Shown: positions 48,044 to 56,250, counted from the first letter of the stretch. The stretch: 64,000 nt of DNA from a virus (IMGVR_UViG_3300035210_000190); one strand, 5' to 3'. The notes: generated by a model from the letters alone, not told the origin. Numbers and translations are program-made.

Positions 48044-48784
48044 ATGCACATCAGTAAACAGCTTCAAGTTCCTTATGTAGTCGAGATTGCTTCGCTTTGC
48101 TATTCGATTACATTGAACAACCGTTCTGTTGTGGTGCTGAAAGGTGCTGACCTTATTAACTTCATGGAGATCCATGTTCCAGAAATTGACATGGAGCCTT
48201 ATGCTGCTTTTGCGACAGAATACCTTAAACGCCGTCAGTCTAGCGAACTTCATAGTGCGTTGCGTTATGCCATTAACCCAATAACCGAAGAACATTTCTA
48301 TTCAGCGTTGTATGACCTGTCTTTTGATATGTCGGAACACAGTAGTGATGCCCCTCGTTTTGTTGAGTTCAAAGAAGAGAGCATGGATAGCTTCTTGGGA
48401 GCTGTATCGAGTCTTTATGAGAATGTAAAGAGCCAATCTAAACCGTGTTTCAAGCCTGTTGAACCTGTTTCTGGTGCGGTGGGTGGCAAATGGTCTTTTG
48501 ACAATGGCACTATGACATTGGCTGATGATGAATTGGTTATGACCCTGACTGAACAGACTGTTCAGCAAATGGCCGAGCATTTTAAGCGTGACTTCGTGGT
48601 GAATGGTCAAGAAAACTTGAAATCATTTGAAAATGGCTGCATTAAGCGTGATGAATATATTTCTTTGGAATATTTTCTTGAACATTTTGAGCAGGATGTC
48701 GAAAAATTCAAAGCTGATGGTATGACTTTTGAAGGTTTTGTTGACTTGATGACCAGTTATAAGATTTGCGATAAATATGAATAA
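48044..48784 (+). CDS. Hypothetical protein, paralog of 47308..48042
   Basis: GAGGA RBS; shared blocks. Confidence 0.85.
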   Translation: MHISKQLQVPYVVEIASLCYSITLNNRSVVVLKGADLINFMEIHVPEIDMEPYAAFATEYLKRRQSSELHSALRYAINPITEEHFYSALYDLSFDMSEHSSDAPRFVEFKEESMDSFLGAVSSLYENVKSQSKPCFKPVEPVSGAVGGKWSFDNGTMTLADDELVMTLTEQTVQQMAEHFKRDFVVNGQENLKSFENGCIKRDEYISLEYFLEHFEQDVEKFKADGMTFEGFVDLMTSYKICDKYE

Positions 48785-48789
48785 ATAGC

Positions 48790-49032
48790 TTTACACAAAA
48801 CTTGTTTTTAGCTATAATAACCCTACACAAACAGTAATATCGGAGAAACACCATGACCCAAGTAGTATTGACCAAAGAGCAAGAAGTCGAACAAGCCTAC
48901 GCTCAACTTCAGGCTCAGGAAAAACAAGTCAAAGAAGCTGCTTGGAAACAAGCGGAATCCGACCAAAACAAAGGCAAAGATCTGTAACAAGATTTAGCCC
49001 ACAAACTAAAAGCCCTTTCGAGGGCTTTTTTC
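48790..49032 (+). repeat. Promoter-microprotein-terminator cassette, copy 2
   Basis: TTTACA-17-TATAAT, TACACAAACAG leader, AAAAGCCC-TTTCGA-GGGCTTTTTT. Confidence 0.9.
48853..48987 (+). CDS. 44-aa helical microprotein MTQVVLTKEQEVEQAYAQLQAQEKQVKEAAWKQAESDQNKGKDL
   Basis: GGAG RBS; paralog of 46093 and 52288. Confidence 0.9.
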   Translation: MTQVVLTKEQEVEQAYAQLQAQEKQVKEAAWKQAESDQNKGKDL

Positions 49033-49111
49033 GTTTCCGATATTGATTAAAACTACCATTTTTTGATATATTATGCTATAATTGATGTTCATTTAAAGAG
49101 AGTGATTAAAA

Positions 49112-49393
49112 ATGACCACAAAAAAGACATTTATTGTTGTAGATAATGATGAGCATTTGGATGATTTTGATGAAAGATCTCTCAATTTTAACCATGAACG
49201 TGACGTTAATAAAGTGTCTGGTGTCATTTTACGGGATACTCGTAAAGCTCTTGGTTATCTGCCTGTATTCTTCTATGACCGTGAAGGTTACATCACAGGT
49301 TTTGAAGGTTGGGGTGGACATGAACGTGAAGTCGCCGTTGTTCCTGATGACGTGGACTTGTCAGAAACGTTTGTCATTCTTGAATCCGTTTAA
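49112..49393 (+). CDS. Hypothetical protein
   Basis: Own promoter, 93 aa. Confidence 0.75.
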   Translation: MTTKKTFIVVDNDEHLDDFDERSLNFNHERDVNKVSGVILRDTRKALGYLPVFFYDREGYITGFEGWGGHEREVAVVPDDVDLSETFVILESV

Positions 49394-49402
49394 GAATTGA
49401 AT

Positions 49403-49738
49403 ATGCCCAAGTATCGTTATAGTGCCAAAGCTGGTCAAGAACATGGTCAAGGTGGTCTTGTGGTCAAACTTTACACAAATGAACTCGATACAGATCCTGT
49501 TATCAGTGTAAAAGCCTTTGTCACTCAACTTGAACAAAAAGATGTCACGCCTATTTTGGATCTTAAATTCTCTATTTTGAAGGATTCAGATGACCCAAGT
49601 TATCCGATTATGCACAAGGAAGCTCTCATACTGGTCGAATCTATTGATAAAGCATTTCAAGCAGGGAAACACAACCCTACTTCGCTTATTATGTTAGTTC
49701 ATCCTGCATTAGTTAATGGTGTTGCTGGTGCTATTTAA
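49403..49738 (+). CDS. Hypothetical protein
   Basis: Co-oriented; terminator follows. Confidence 0.7.
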   Translation: MPKYRYSAKAGQEHGQGGLVVKLYTNELDTDPVISVKAFVTQLEQKDVTPILDLKFSILKDSDDPSYPIMHKEALILVESIDKAFQAGKHNPTSLIMLVHPALVNGVAGAI

Positions 49739-49838
49739 TTCTGTATTCTAATAAATGGCCTTCGGGCCTTTTTTTATGTTTATTGATAATCTTTCATTTA
49801 TTGTTATTCTAATAAGTATTAACATCTAAAAATAAACG

Positions 49839-50021
49839 ATGAAAACAAAAACATCCTTAATAATCATTGCGTCCATACTTTGTTTCTTTACAGCCGTCTA
49901 TTCTTACTTATATTTTACGGGTGAGTTTTCTCAGATAGGTGATTTTGATGACTGTAATTATCCTAGTTATTCAAGATATTCACACAGTTCAGACACTTTA
50001 TTTTGTCCATATAAATATTAA
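49839..50021 (+). CDS. Small single-TM protein with an extracytoplasmic Cys pair
   Basis: Hydrophobic N-terminus, CNYP...FCPY; AT-rich. Confidence 0.6.
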   Translation: MKTKTSLIIIASILCFFTAVYSYLYFTGEFSQIGDFDDCNYPSYSRYSHSSDTLFCPYKY

Positions 50022-50085
50022 ATTGAATTGCATTTTTTATCATTTATTGGTATAATCCTTTTATCTTATATAAAGGTAATAAACC

Positions 50086-50523
50086 ATGCCTAATCCAGAA
50101 TTGCGGTTCACCGGCTTTAAAGACCCTACCGGGCTTGATATTTTTGAAGGCGACTACCTTGTCATTAAACTCAGTGATCTATCATCAGAACAGATTGAAA
50201 AGCGTCAACTTGGTAAGTTGATGGAACAGTATGACATTCAATACATGCAGGCATATATTAAGCCTACTGGTCAACTTCGTTATGATATTGAAATTACCTT
50301 TGTTGATTCAAACCATCAAGCATTGACTGACGTAAAATATTATTTCTCTCGGGAAAAAGGTGACATGTCCGAAGAAGAGTTTTTTGCTGACTATGGAAAA
50401 TCGTCTTCTCTCGATGAAGTCTACACTGTTTTGGTTATGGCACAATTTCAAATGTTTAAAGGCATTATCAAAGACAACCTTTGGTTTAAAGTTCCCGCAC
50501 TGCATGTCATGGAGTCAAAATAA
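50086..50523 (+). CDS. Protein with YopX-like N-terminal motif
   Basis: FTGFKDPTGLDIFEGDYL resembles the YopX consensus xTGLKDKNGxEIxEGDIL. Confidence 0.6.
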   Translation: MPNPELRFTGFKDPTGLDIFEGDYLVIKLSDLSSEQIEKRQLGKLMEQYDIQYMQAYIKPTGQLRYDIEITFVDSNHQALTDVKYYFSREKGDMSEEEFFADYGKSSSLDEVYTVLVMAQFQMFKGIIKDNLWFKVPALHVMESK

Positions 50524-50987
50524 TGATTGAATCAGGTTTGTTCGATAATAATCAAAATCCTATTTGTCAGGGGCAGCACTTTCTGTTCACTATTCCTGAT
50601 GAAGTCTTGAATGGTAATTTCAGCACGTTTTATGGAAGCAACCTTGGGCAGCACATGCAGAAAATCGCTGTTCGCCATTACCTTATTTATGTTATTCCAA
50701 CGGAATTTCTGTCTATTCGTTTGATGACTTGCTTCCTGAAAGATGATATGACGCCTGTTACCATTGCCGAAGATGAAAAAACTTTTGAGCGTGACGCTGC
50801 CTATTATGCTCATGATGGCATTGACATTGATACTGTGGACAAAAATGAAGTGTGTGTTTCGTATGCCGAAGATGCGTTCAGTTTTGTGCGTTATCTTGTA
50901 GCAAAAGGATGGCTGTCTTATGAACCTAATCCAGCGGTTGACATGTCAAAAATTAAAGTTGGTTACAAACACTTCTATTCAGCATAA
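50523..50987 (+). CDS. Divergent paralog of 50086..50523
   Basis: ESGLFDNNQNPICQGQHF is a degenerate form of the same motif; overlapping start/stop. Confidence 0.6.
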   Translation: MIESGLFDNNQNPICQGQHFLFTIPDEVLNGNFSTFYGSNLGQHMQKIAVRHYLIYVIPTEFLSIRLMTCFLKDDMTPVTIAEDEKTFERDAAYYAHDGIDIDTVDKNEVCVSYAEDAFSFVRYLVAKGWLSYEPNPAVDMSKIKVGYKHFYSA

Positions 50988-51004
50988 ACACAGGAGATAA
51001 TTTA

Positions 51005-51259
51005 ATGCAACTTAGATATTTGCAAACGTATACAGATGGATGTAATCGTATTGAGCATGTTTTGGTTGCTCTTGATAAAATCACTCAGACAGAACCTGTG
51101 TTTCAAGAGCGAATTAACGTTTCTGTTAATAGGGCATTACAAATCAAACCTTTGCTTAAAGTCACACTGGTCGATGGTTCGAAACATAATGTGTCGGCTA
51201 AGGAGTTGTTAAGTTTGATCACATTTGAATCCATTGGTTGGCTAAAAGATGATGATTAG
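51005..51259 (+). CDS. Hypothetical protein
   Basis: AGGAG RBS. Confidence 0.75.
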   Translation: MQLRYLQTYTDGCNRIEHVLVALDKITQTEPVFQERINVSVNRALQIKPLLKVTLVDGSKHNVSAKELLSLITFESIGWLKDDD

Positions 51260-51332
51260 TTTCAAGTAAAGATTGCTTAAAAATCATTTTTTTGATAAAA
51301 TAGGCACATCAAATACGAATGGAACCTTCATC

Positions 51333-51761
51333 ATGACTACGAAACAAGAACACATCTGGACCAACGAAGACGTTGAAAGACTGCTGAGCGGTTTTAAAGA
51401 GTCTTTGGAGATGATGGATGGCTATTACAGCACCAGTGAGTCTGGTCAAGACCTTCGTGATCTTTACAACAGTTTTAAACAACGCCGGGAAGATTTGAAA
51501 CCTGTTGTTGTCTCCACTTTGCACAATGCTAAATGCAAAATCTGTGACAAAGAATTTATCCGTTCTGGTCATGGTAAGTTGTTGAATGCTACTGAGCAAA
51601 ATTCAGCCGTGATGAGCCATATCATGAATGTTCATAAAATTCAGGATTATGATACTCGCAAAAAGAACTTGCAAAAAGCCAGCGTAACCCGCGTAACCTA
51701 TGCTAATCGTAATGATTGCAATCGTGGGATTGTTCAAAGCCAACGTAAAGATAAACAGTAA
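51333..51761 (+). CDS. Protein with C2H2-like zinc finger
   Basis: CKICDKEF...HIMNVH; ATG 51333 preferred. Confidence 0.65.
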   Translation: MTTKQEHIWTNEDVERLLSGFKESLEMMDGYYSTSESGQDLRDLYNSFKQRREDLKPVVVSTLHNAKCKICDKEFIRSGHGKLLNATEQNSAVMSHIMNVHKIQDYDTRKKNLQKASVTRVTYANRNDCNRGIVQSQRKDKQ

Positions 51762-51794
51762 ATCAATCATTCAAGTTTAAATAGGTGATAAGCA

Positions 51795-52217
51795 ATGGAA
51801 GTTCGACTTCAGGAAAACATTGAGTTTAACACTGCTGCTGATTTCAATAAGGTGTTGACTAACTTTGAAACTTTGGCTGGCATGTTGGGTAAACGTATGC
51901 CACCGACGACGCTTTTCATGATTCCGTTCTATGCCATAAACGATGAAATTATTTTTGCGGCTACCATCATGGGTGAACGCGAATATATCCGTCATCAACG
52001 CGGCAATCGCAACTTCAAGAATAAAGAAGTGTTGGACTGCTATGCGATGGTTCATGACTTGTTGGAAAATGATTTGGATACCATTATCAAGAATCTTTCC
52101 AAGCCTGAATTAGTGGCTTATGCGTTGGACATCAGCACTGACATGATTACTGGTGTGGTAAAACTGCATAAAGATGGCGTCCCGTATGTGACAGTAACAC
52201 GACAGTTTTTAGGTTAA
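51795..52217 (+). CDS. Hypothetical protein
   Basis: AGGTG RBS. Confidence 0.8.
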   Translation: MEVRLQENIEFNTAADFNKVLTNFETLAGMLGKRMPPTTLFMIPFYAINDEIIFAATIMGEREYIRHQRGNRNFKNKEVLDCYAMVHDLLENDLDTIIKNLSKPELVAYALDISTDMITGVVKLHKDGVPYVTVTRQFLG

Positions 52218-52224
52218 AAAAAGC

Positions 52225-52468
52225 TTTACAGATAATCCACTTTTAGATATAATAACCCCACACAAACAGCAATATCGGAGAAATACCATGACCCAAGCTA
52301 CTATGACCAAACAACAACAAATTGACGCTGCTTATGCTGAGGCGAAAGCTCAGGAGCAAAAAGATAAGGACGCCGCATGGGAACGTGCGGAATCGGAACT
52401 GAACAAAGGCAAAGACCTGTAACACAGGTTAAGCCAACAAACAAAAAGCCCTTTCGAGGGCTTTTTTC
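52225..52468 (+). repeat. Promoter-microprotein-terminator cassette, copy 3
   Basis: TTTACA-17-TATAAT, CACACAAACAG leader; terminator identical to copy 2. Confidence 0.9.
52288..52422 (+). CDS. 44-aa helical microprotein MTQATMTKQQQIDAAYAEAKAQEQKDKDAAWERAESELNKGKDL
   Basis: GGAG RBS; paralog of 46093 and 48853. Confidence 0.9.
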   Translation: MTQATMTKQQQIDAAYAEAKAQEQKDKDAAWERAESELNKGKDL

Positions 52469-52540
52469 ATGTCTTCATTTTTTATATTTACAAAATTTAT
52501 GTCTTCTGCTATAATCAGATTTCTATTAAAGGTGCCCATT

Positions 52541-52744
52541 ATGACAACTAAAAAATCATTGCTTGCAGAAAATCCTGAACTGGTAAAGTCGTTTGACTTG
52601 ATTGCTCAAGAATGTTTGGATATTGATACGTTGGAAACCCGCAACAGCGATTCGCTTGATTTTTACGACTGCTCTGTTTGGAGTATTCGCAATGCTTTGA
52701 CACAGGCTTATGAGTTGGGTAAAGCTGCAGGAAAAGCTAAATAA
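52541..52744 (+). CDS. DUF6900-like small protein
   Basis: IA...L.I.TLETRNSDSLDF.D..VW.I..AL..AY..G pattern recognised from memory; AAGGTG RBS. Confidence 0.7.
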   Translation: MTTKKSLLAENPELVKSFDLIAQECLDIDTLETRNSDSLDFYDCSVWSIRNALTQAYELGKAAGKAK

Positions 52745-52836
52745 TCTGTAAAAAAGGTTGCGACGTGAGCTGTTTTTTGCTATAATACCTTCATTGAAAA
52801 AGGCAATAAATACACTCGTTTAATAGAGGGTTTCTT

Positions 52837-53064
52837 ATGTGCAGTAAAACAGATGCTGATGGTTTTCTGCCTTGCCCATTTTGTGGTGGCACTGAAATTC
52901 ACATGGAAACATGGAGCCGTCAACGAGGTGAGTGGCAAGGAAAAGTAACCAATGAGTGCTGTGGATATACGTTCATTGTCTTGAATGTCTATGGATCTAC
53001 CAAGAAAGAAGTTATCGAATTCTACAAAAAAATGTGGAACAAAAGACCAGAAAAAGCTTGCTAA
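52837..53064 (+). CDS. lar: Lar-like restriction alleviation protein (Zn ribbon)
   Basis: LPCPFCGG...ECCGY...EVIEFYKKMWNKR matches the Lar family layout. Confidence 0.7.
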   Translation: MCSKTDADGFLPCPFCGGTEIHMETWSRQRGEWQGKVTNECCGYTFIVLNVYGSTKKEVIEFYKKMWNKRPEKAC

Positions 53065-53086
53065 GTGGTTCGAAGTTTGATAGAAT
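53058..53086 (+). promoter_or_regulatory. Sigma70-type promoter of the ncRNA + tRNA operon
   Basis: TTGCTA-17-TAGAAT. Confidence 0.75.
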
Positions 53087-53111
53087 AGCCACATTGAAAC
53101 AGAGCAACAAA

Positions 53112-53268
53112 CAGAATTCGGAGCCTGCGTAAAAGTGGGTTGGGTGGCAGCGGTGTCGCGGGCAAGCCACTAACGAGACATGAGAGCAATCTCTGTCTCA
53201 CGGTAGAGAGGGGAATTAAAGTGTGGTTTGCTTTGATTAAAACGGCTGGGTGAGTCGGCTCCTTTCTG
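53112..53268 (+). ncRNA. Unknown structured RNA
   Basis: GC-rich non-coding island closed by CAGAA/TTCTG and GGAGCC/GGCTCC; internal GTGGC/GCCAC and GAGACA/TGTCTC stems; GCAA tetraloop. Confidence 0.65.
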
Positions 53269-53290
53269 CTAACCTAATTTAAAAGTTTAT

Positions 53291-53446
53291 ACAGTAGTAG
53301 CTCAACGGTGGTTAAAGTAGGCCGCGACTTGCAAGGAGATTCTAGACTCTTTTCTTGACGGTTTGGCTGATGATAAACCGGCTTTCGACAGCAGAGCGTG
53401 CCCTAATAAGGCAAGGTGTTTGGTTCGACTCCAGCCTATTGTACCA
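53291..53446 (+). tRNA. tRNA-Ile(AAT)-like gene with 79-nt structured D-loop insertion and encoded CCA
   Basis: Acceptor ACAGTAG/CTATTGT-A-CCA; TAGCTCAACGGTGGTT...AGAGCG; anticodon arm TGCC-CTAATAA-GGCA; T loop TTCGACT. Confidence 0.75.
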
Positions 53447-53454
53447 ACAACCGA

Positions 53455-53488
53455 AAACAACTTGTTGAAAGACAGGTTGTTTTTTTTT
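53455..53488 (+). terminator. Intrinsic terminator of the ncRNA-tRNA unit
   Basis: AAACAACTTGT-TGAAAG-ACAGGTTGTTT followed by a T run. Confidence 0.8.
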
Positions 53489-53588
53489 GCCTAAAAGATA
53501 TGAAAAATCATAAATTACTTCAAAAAACACTTTCTTTGAGTGTTCATATTTGGTATACTAGACCTTCAATATTTGGAGATACCCGAAA

Positions 53589-53786
53589 ATGATGACTAAC
53601 ACGACTTCTCAAATCAAAGTGGTTAAAAACGAAGGCGACTTCAAACGTGCAATGGAAGCTGGCTTTGCTATTAACCTGTTCGAATGTTCGGAAACAGAAA
53701 TGTGGATTGTCTTGCCAATGGAAAAGGCTGACATGAAAATGTACGCAGAACATCACGGCTTCACTCCAGTCGCTGTTGCTCAATAA
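53589..53786 (+). CDS. Hypothetical protein
   Basis: GGAG RBS, upstream TATACT. Confidence 0.75.
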   Translation: MMTNTTSQIKVVKNEGDFKRAMEAGFAINLFECSETEMWIVLPMEKADMKMYAEHHGFTPVAVAQ

Positions 53787-53811
53787 TTTAAAGACACAAG
53801 GATATAAGCAA

Positions 53812-54021
53812 ATGGTTGATATTGTGAGCTTGGCCGAAAAGAAACTTTGCACTTGTGGCAAATGCAAAGCCACCTTGTCTTTCTCGGATGATGAGGTGAC
53901 TTCTTTTGTTGAGCGAAAATACATTGGACAAGCTCAAAAAAAATATTCCCTGTTGTGCCCGAACTGTAACCATAAGATCGTTTCCGCCCTGCCTTGGTTT
54001 CCTGTTGGGCTTTGCGATTAA
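53812..54021 (+). CDS. Zinc-ribbon protein
   Basis: CGKC...CPNC; AAGGA RBS before ATG 53812. Confidence 0.75.
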   Translation: MVDIVSLAEKKLCTCGKCKATLSFSDDEVTSFVERKYIGQAQKKYSLLCPNCNHKIVSALPWFPVGLCD

Positions 54022-54126
54022 TCAATAAAACAAAATATTTTTTGTGAATGTTTGCTCAATAAATGTTGTTTTTGTCAGCAACATTTGCTATAATCCTAAC
54101 ACTTAATCAGAACAGAGAGTAAAGCC

Positions 54127-54555
54127 ATGAACCCAGTTATCATTAACAGCCCATTGAACTCTTACGATGTTGGTCAGCGTGACGCGGCAATTTCTGTCAT
54201 CAACACCAACCTCACTGCACCCGAATTCGACGCGGTTTTCCGTGACGCTATAAACGATTATCTGGAAGGTTGGTTGTCGTTTGAACCTGCTGTTCAACGC
54301 ACTCTGGCAGCAGTGCAGGCTGTTGAAGAAGATACTCCAGAGCATGAGGCTGCTCTTTTGCTGTTCAATGATGAGTTTGTGAAACAGCATGAGTTTGGTG
54401 AGGCTAACCAAGTCTTTGAACATGAAGGACAGAAACTTTTGCTGACCCACTTTATTGAAAACGAAAAGCTGCCAGCAGATTTCTCTGTTATGAGCTTGGC
54501 AGAATGGTTGGAAATGAAGACCGAAGAAACGACCACTGGTTTTACCGCAGAATAA
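54127..54555 (+). CDS. Acidic hypothetical protein
   Basis: Own promoter and terminator. Confidence 0.8.
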   Translation: MNPVIINSPLNSYDVGQRDAAISVINTNLTAPEFDAVFRDAINDYLEGWLSFEPAVQRTLAAVQAVEEDTPEHEAALLLFNDEFVKQHEFGEANQVFEHEGQKLLLTHFIENEKLPADFSVMSLAEWLEMKTEETTTGFTAE

Positions 54556-54693
54556 ACAGCTTCAAACCCATCATCAAAGCCTTAGATTCGCGGATCTAGG
54601 GCTTTTTTGTTTCTACACAACACCTTATTTTGTTGACTAAATACTGAAAAATCTGTAAAATAACCCTATTAAATTACTCAAAGGTTTTCCGAT

Positions 54694-55368
54694 ATGTCCA
54701 CTATGATTGAACTCGTTAAAGAAAAATTTGAAAACGCTCGACTCTTTAACAACGAGGAAAACGACGCTATTGTCCCTATCAATTTCGATATTGATGACAA
54801 CTCTAAAATTCTGTTTGTTGTTGGCTCTAATGCCAGTGGCAAAAGCCTTGTGGGCCGCATCGTGGAATTGGTTTCGTCGGAAGCGGGGTTTCCAAAACGT
54901 TCGTGTTCTATGCGTAACCGCACTTCTGGTGAATTTGGTCAACGCCTTGTCTTTGGTTCCGAGGATGACAGCAGCACAGGTGAAAACAGCGTCCATGCCA
55001 GCATTATCGGTCTGAAATCGACCGTTGATTCTGCAAAAACTGCTGTGCTTGTTTTGGATGAGCCTGATCTTGGACTGGCTGATGAATATTCGGCTGCACT
55101 GGGTCAACATATTGCCCAAACCGTCAATGAACACCATGAGAAGCTTGGTCTTATTGTTGTCATCACACACTCTCATCCACTGATTGACGCTGCTATCAAC
55201 GCACTCACTGTTCCTTTTTCCAAAATGCATGTAGGTGATGCCAACATTTCGTTTGATGAATGGCGATCACGTCCGTTTCAAGCGGCCACCATTGAAGAAT
55301 TGATGAATTTGAAACATAAAAGTCGTGACACTTGGTGTCGCGTCCAAAAACTTCTTGACGAAAAGTGA
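54694..55368 (+). CDS. Stand-alone ABC-type ATPase
   Basis: Walker A VVGSNASGKS, Walker B VLVLDEPD, H-switch VITHS. Confidence 0.8.
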   Translation: MSTMIELVKEKFENARLFNNEENDAIVPINFDIDDNSKILFVVGSNASGKSLVGRIVELVSSEAGFPKRSCSMRNRTSGEFGQRLVFGSEDDSSTGENSVHASIIGLKSTVDSAKTAVLVLDEPDLGLADEYSAALGQHIAQTVNEHHEKLGLIVVITHSHPLIDAAINALTVPFSKMHVGDANISFDEWRSRPFQAATIEELMNLKHKSRDTWCRVQKLLDEK

Positions 55369-55449
55369 GTGTTGAAAACCTCATTTTTGCTTGATTTAAA
55401 ATAGGATCTATCGTATAATACCCTATATCGTAAAACGGAGTTATTACAG

Positions 55450-55743
55450 ATGATTACTAAACAAACAGGCTTCATTATTCTTGGTTCAACTGATTGCTAT
55501 GATTCTCGTAGTGAAAACTTTGTCCAAGGCATTTTCAAGGATGAAGAATCGGCAAAAGCTACTGTTGAACATCATCGCCGTCAAAAAACTGTAGCATCAA
55601 AGTTCTCAGAAACAGGCAAGTATACAGTCAAACCAGTTGACTATGAACTCATCAATGATGGTCGTATTCTCATCGCTGGCCGTGTTCTGGATAACGATAT
55701 ATTCCTGTTGCGTGGCGAAGACGAATATTTTTCGTTTGCCTAA
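55450..55743 (+). CDS. Hypothetical protein
   Basis: GGAG RBS, own promoter. Confidence 0.75.
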   Translation: MITKQTGFIILGSTDCYDSRSENFVQGIFKDEESAKATVEHHRRQKTVASKFSETGKYTVKPVDYELINDGRILIAGRVLDNDIFLLRGEDEYFSFA

Positions 55744-55769
55744 TTCAGTTTGCTTTTGGAGATTTTTAG

Positions 55770-55952
55770 ATGATTACCAACACTGCTGACATCAAAAAAC
55801 ATCGTCGTATTGGCTGGACACTGTGGACGGCTCAGGCAGTTTCTCTGTTTGTTGCCTTTGTGATGGGCCATGCACCTGCTTTGATTGCCTGTCTAATCTT
55901 GGCTGTGTGGATTGGGTTGCGTAGTGGCAGTCGTTTTGGTGATGAGTACTAA
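55770..55952 (+). CDS. Small two-TM membrane protein
   Basis: GGAG RBS; two hydrophobic segments. Confidence 0.7.
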   Translation: MITNTADIKKHRRIGWTLWTAQAVSLFVAFVMGHAPALIACLILAVWIGLRSGSRFGDEY

Positions 55953-55993
55953 AAATCGTTGACAAAGTTTGTCGTTTGCATTAACATAGTCTC

Positions 55994-56092
55994 AACAGCG
56001 TTACATCCTATCATGATGATTTCGATCATTGACGGTGTAGCCATTATGCTTCAAACACCTAAACCCTTATTGGACGCTCTAAGGGTTTTTTT
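55994..56092 (+). ncRNA. Candidate small RNA 1
   Basis: TTGACA-17-TAACAT promoter (55959..55987); TACATC/GGTGTA stem; terminator AAACCCTTA-TTGGACGCTC-TAAGGGTTT; no RBS-led ORF. Confidence 0.5.
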
Positions 56093-56150
56093 GTATCTAA
56101 AATTCAACAAAAGTGTTGCCTTCTTCGATTGATTTGTGTATAATGTATCT

Positions 56151-56250
56151 TAATCGAGCCATATCCCATGTTGTTAACTTGATTTTCAATACGTTATGGC
56201 CTTCAGCGACAGCAAACCAAACCCTTCTAGGACGCTTTAAGGGTTTTTTT
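56151..56250 (+). ncRNA. Candidate small RNA 2
   Basis: TTGCCT-17-TATAAT promoter (56116..56144); GCCATA/TATGGC stem; terminator AAACCCTT-CTAGGACGCTTT-AAGGGTTT. Confidence 0.5.

Noticed and set aside
53367-53373. CTGATGA hammerhead-core (or C-box-like) sequence inside the tRNA insertion
   Set aside because: No stem II followed by GAAA and no matching cleavage-site helix, so not a hammerhead
53112-53446. tmRNA, RNase P or group I/II intron identity
   Set aside because: No tag reading frame or alanyl acceptor, no GAGGAAAGUCC, no recognisable intron core or domain V
53342-53530. 62-aa minus-strand ORF
   Set aside because: Antisense to the tRNA-like gene and its terminator
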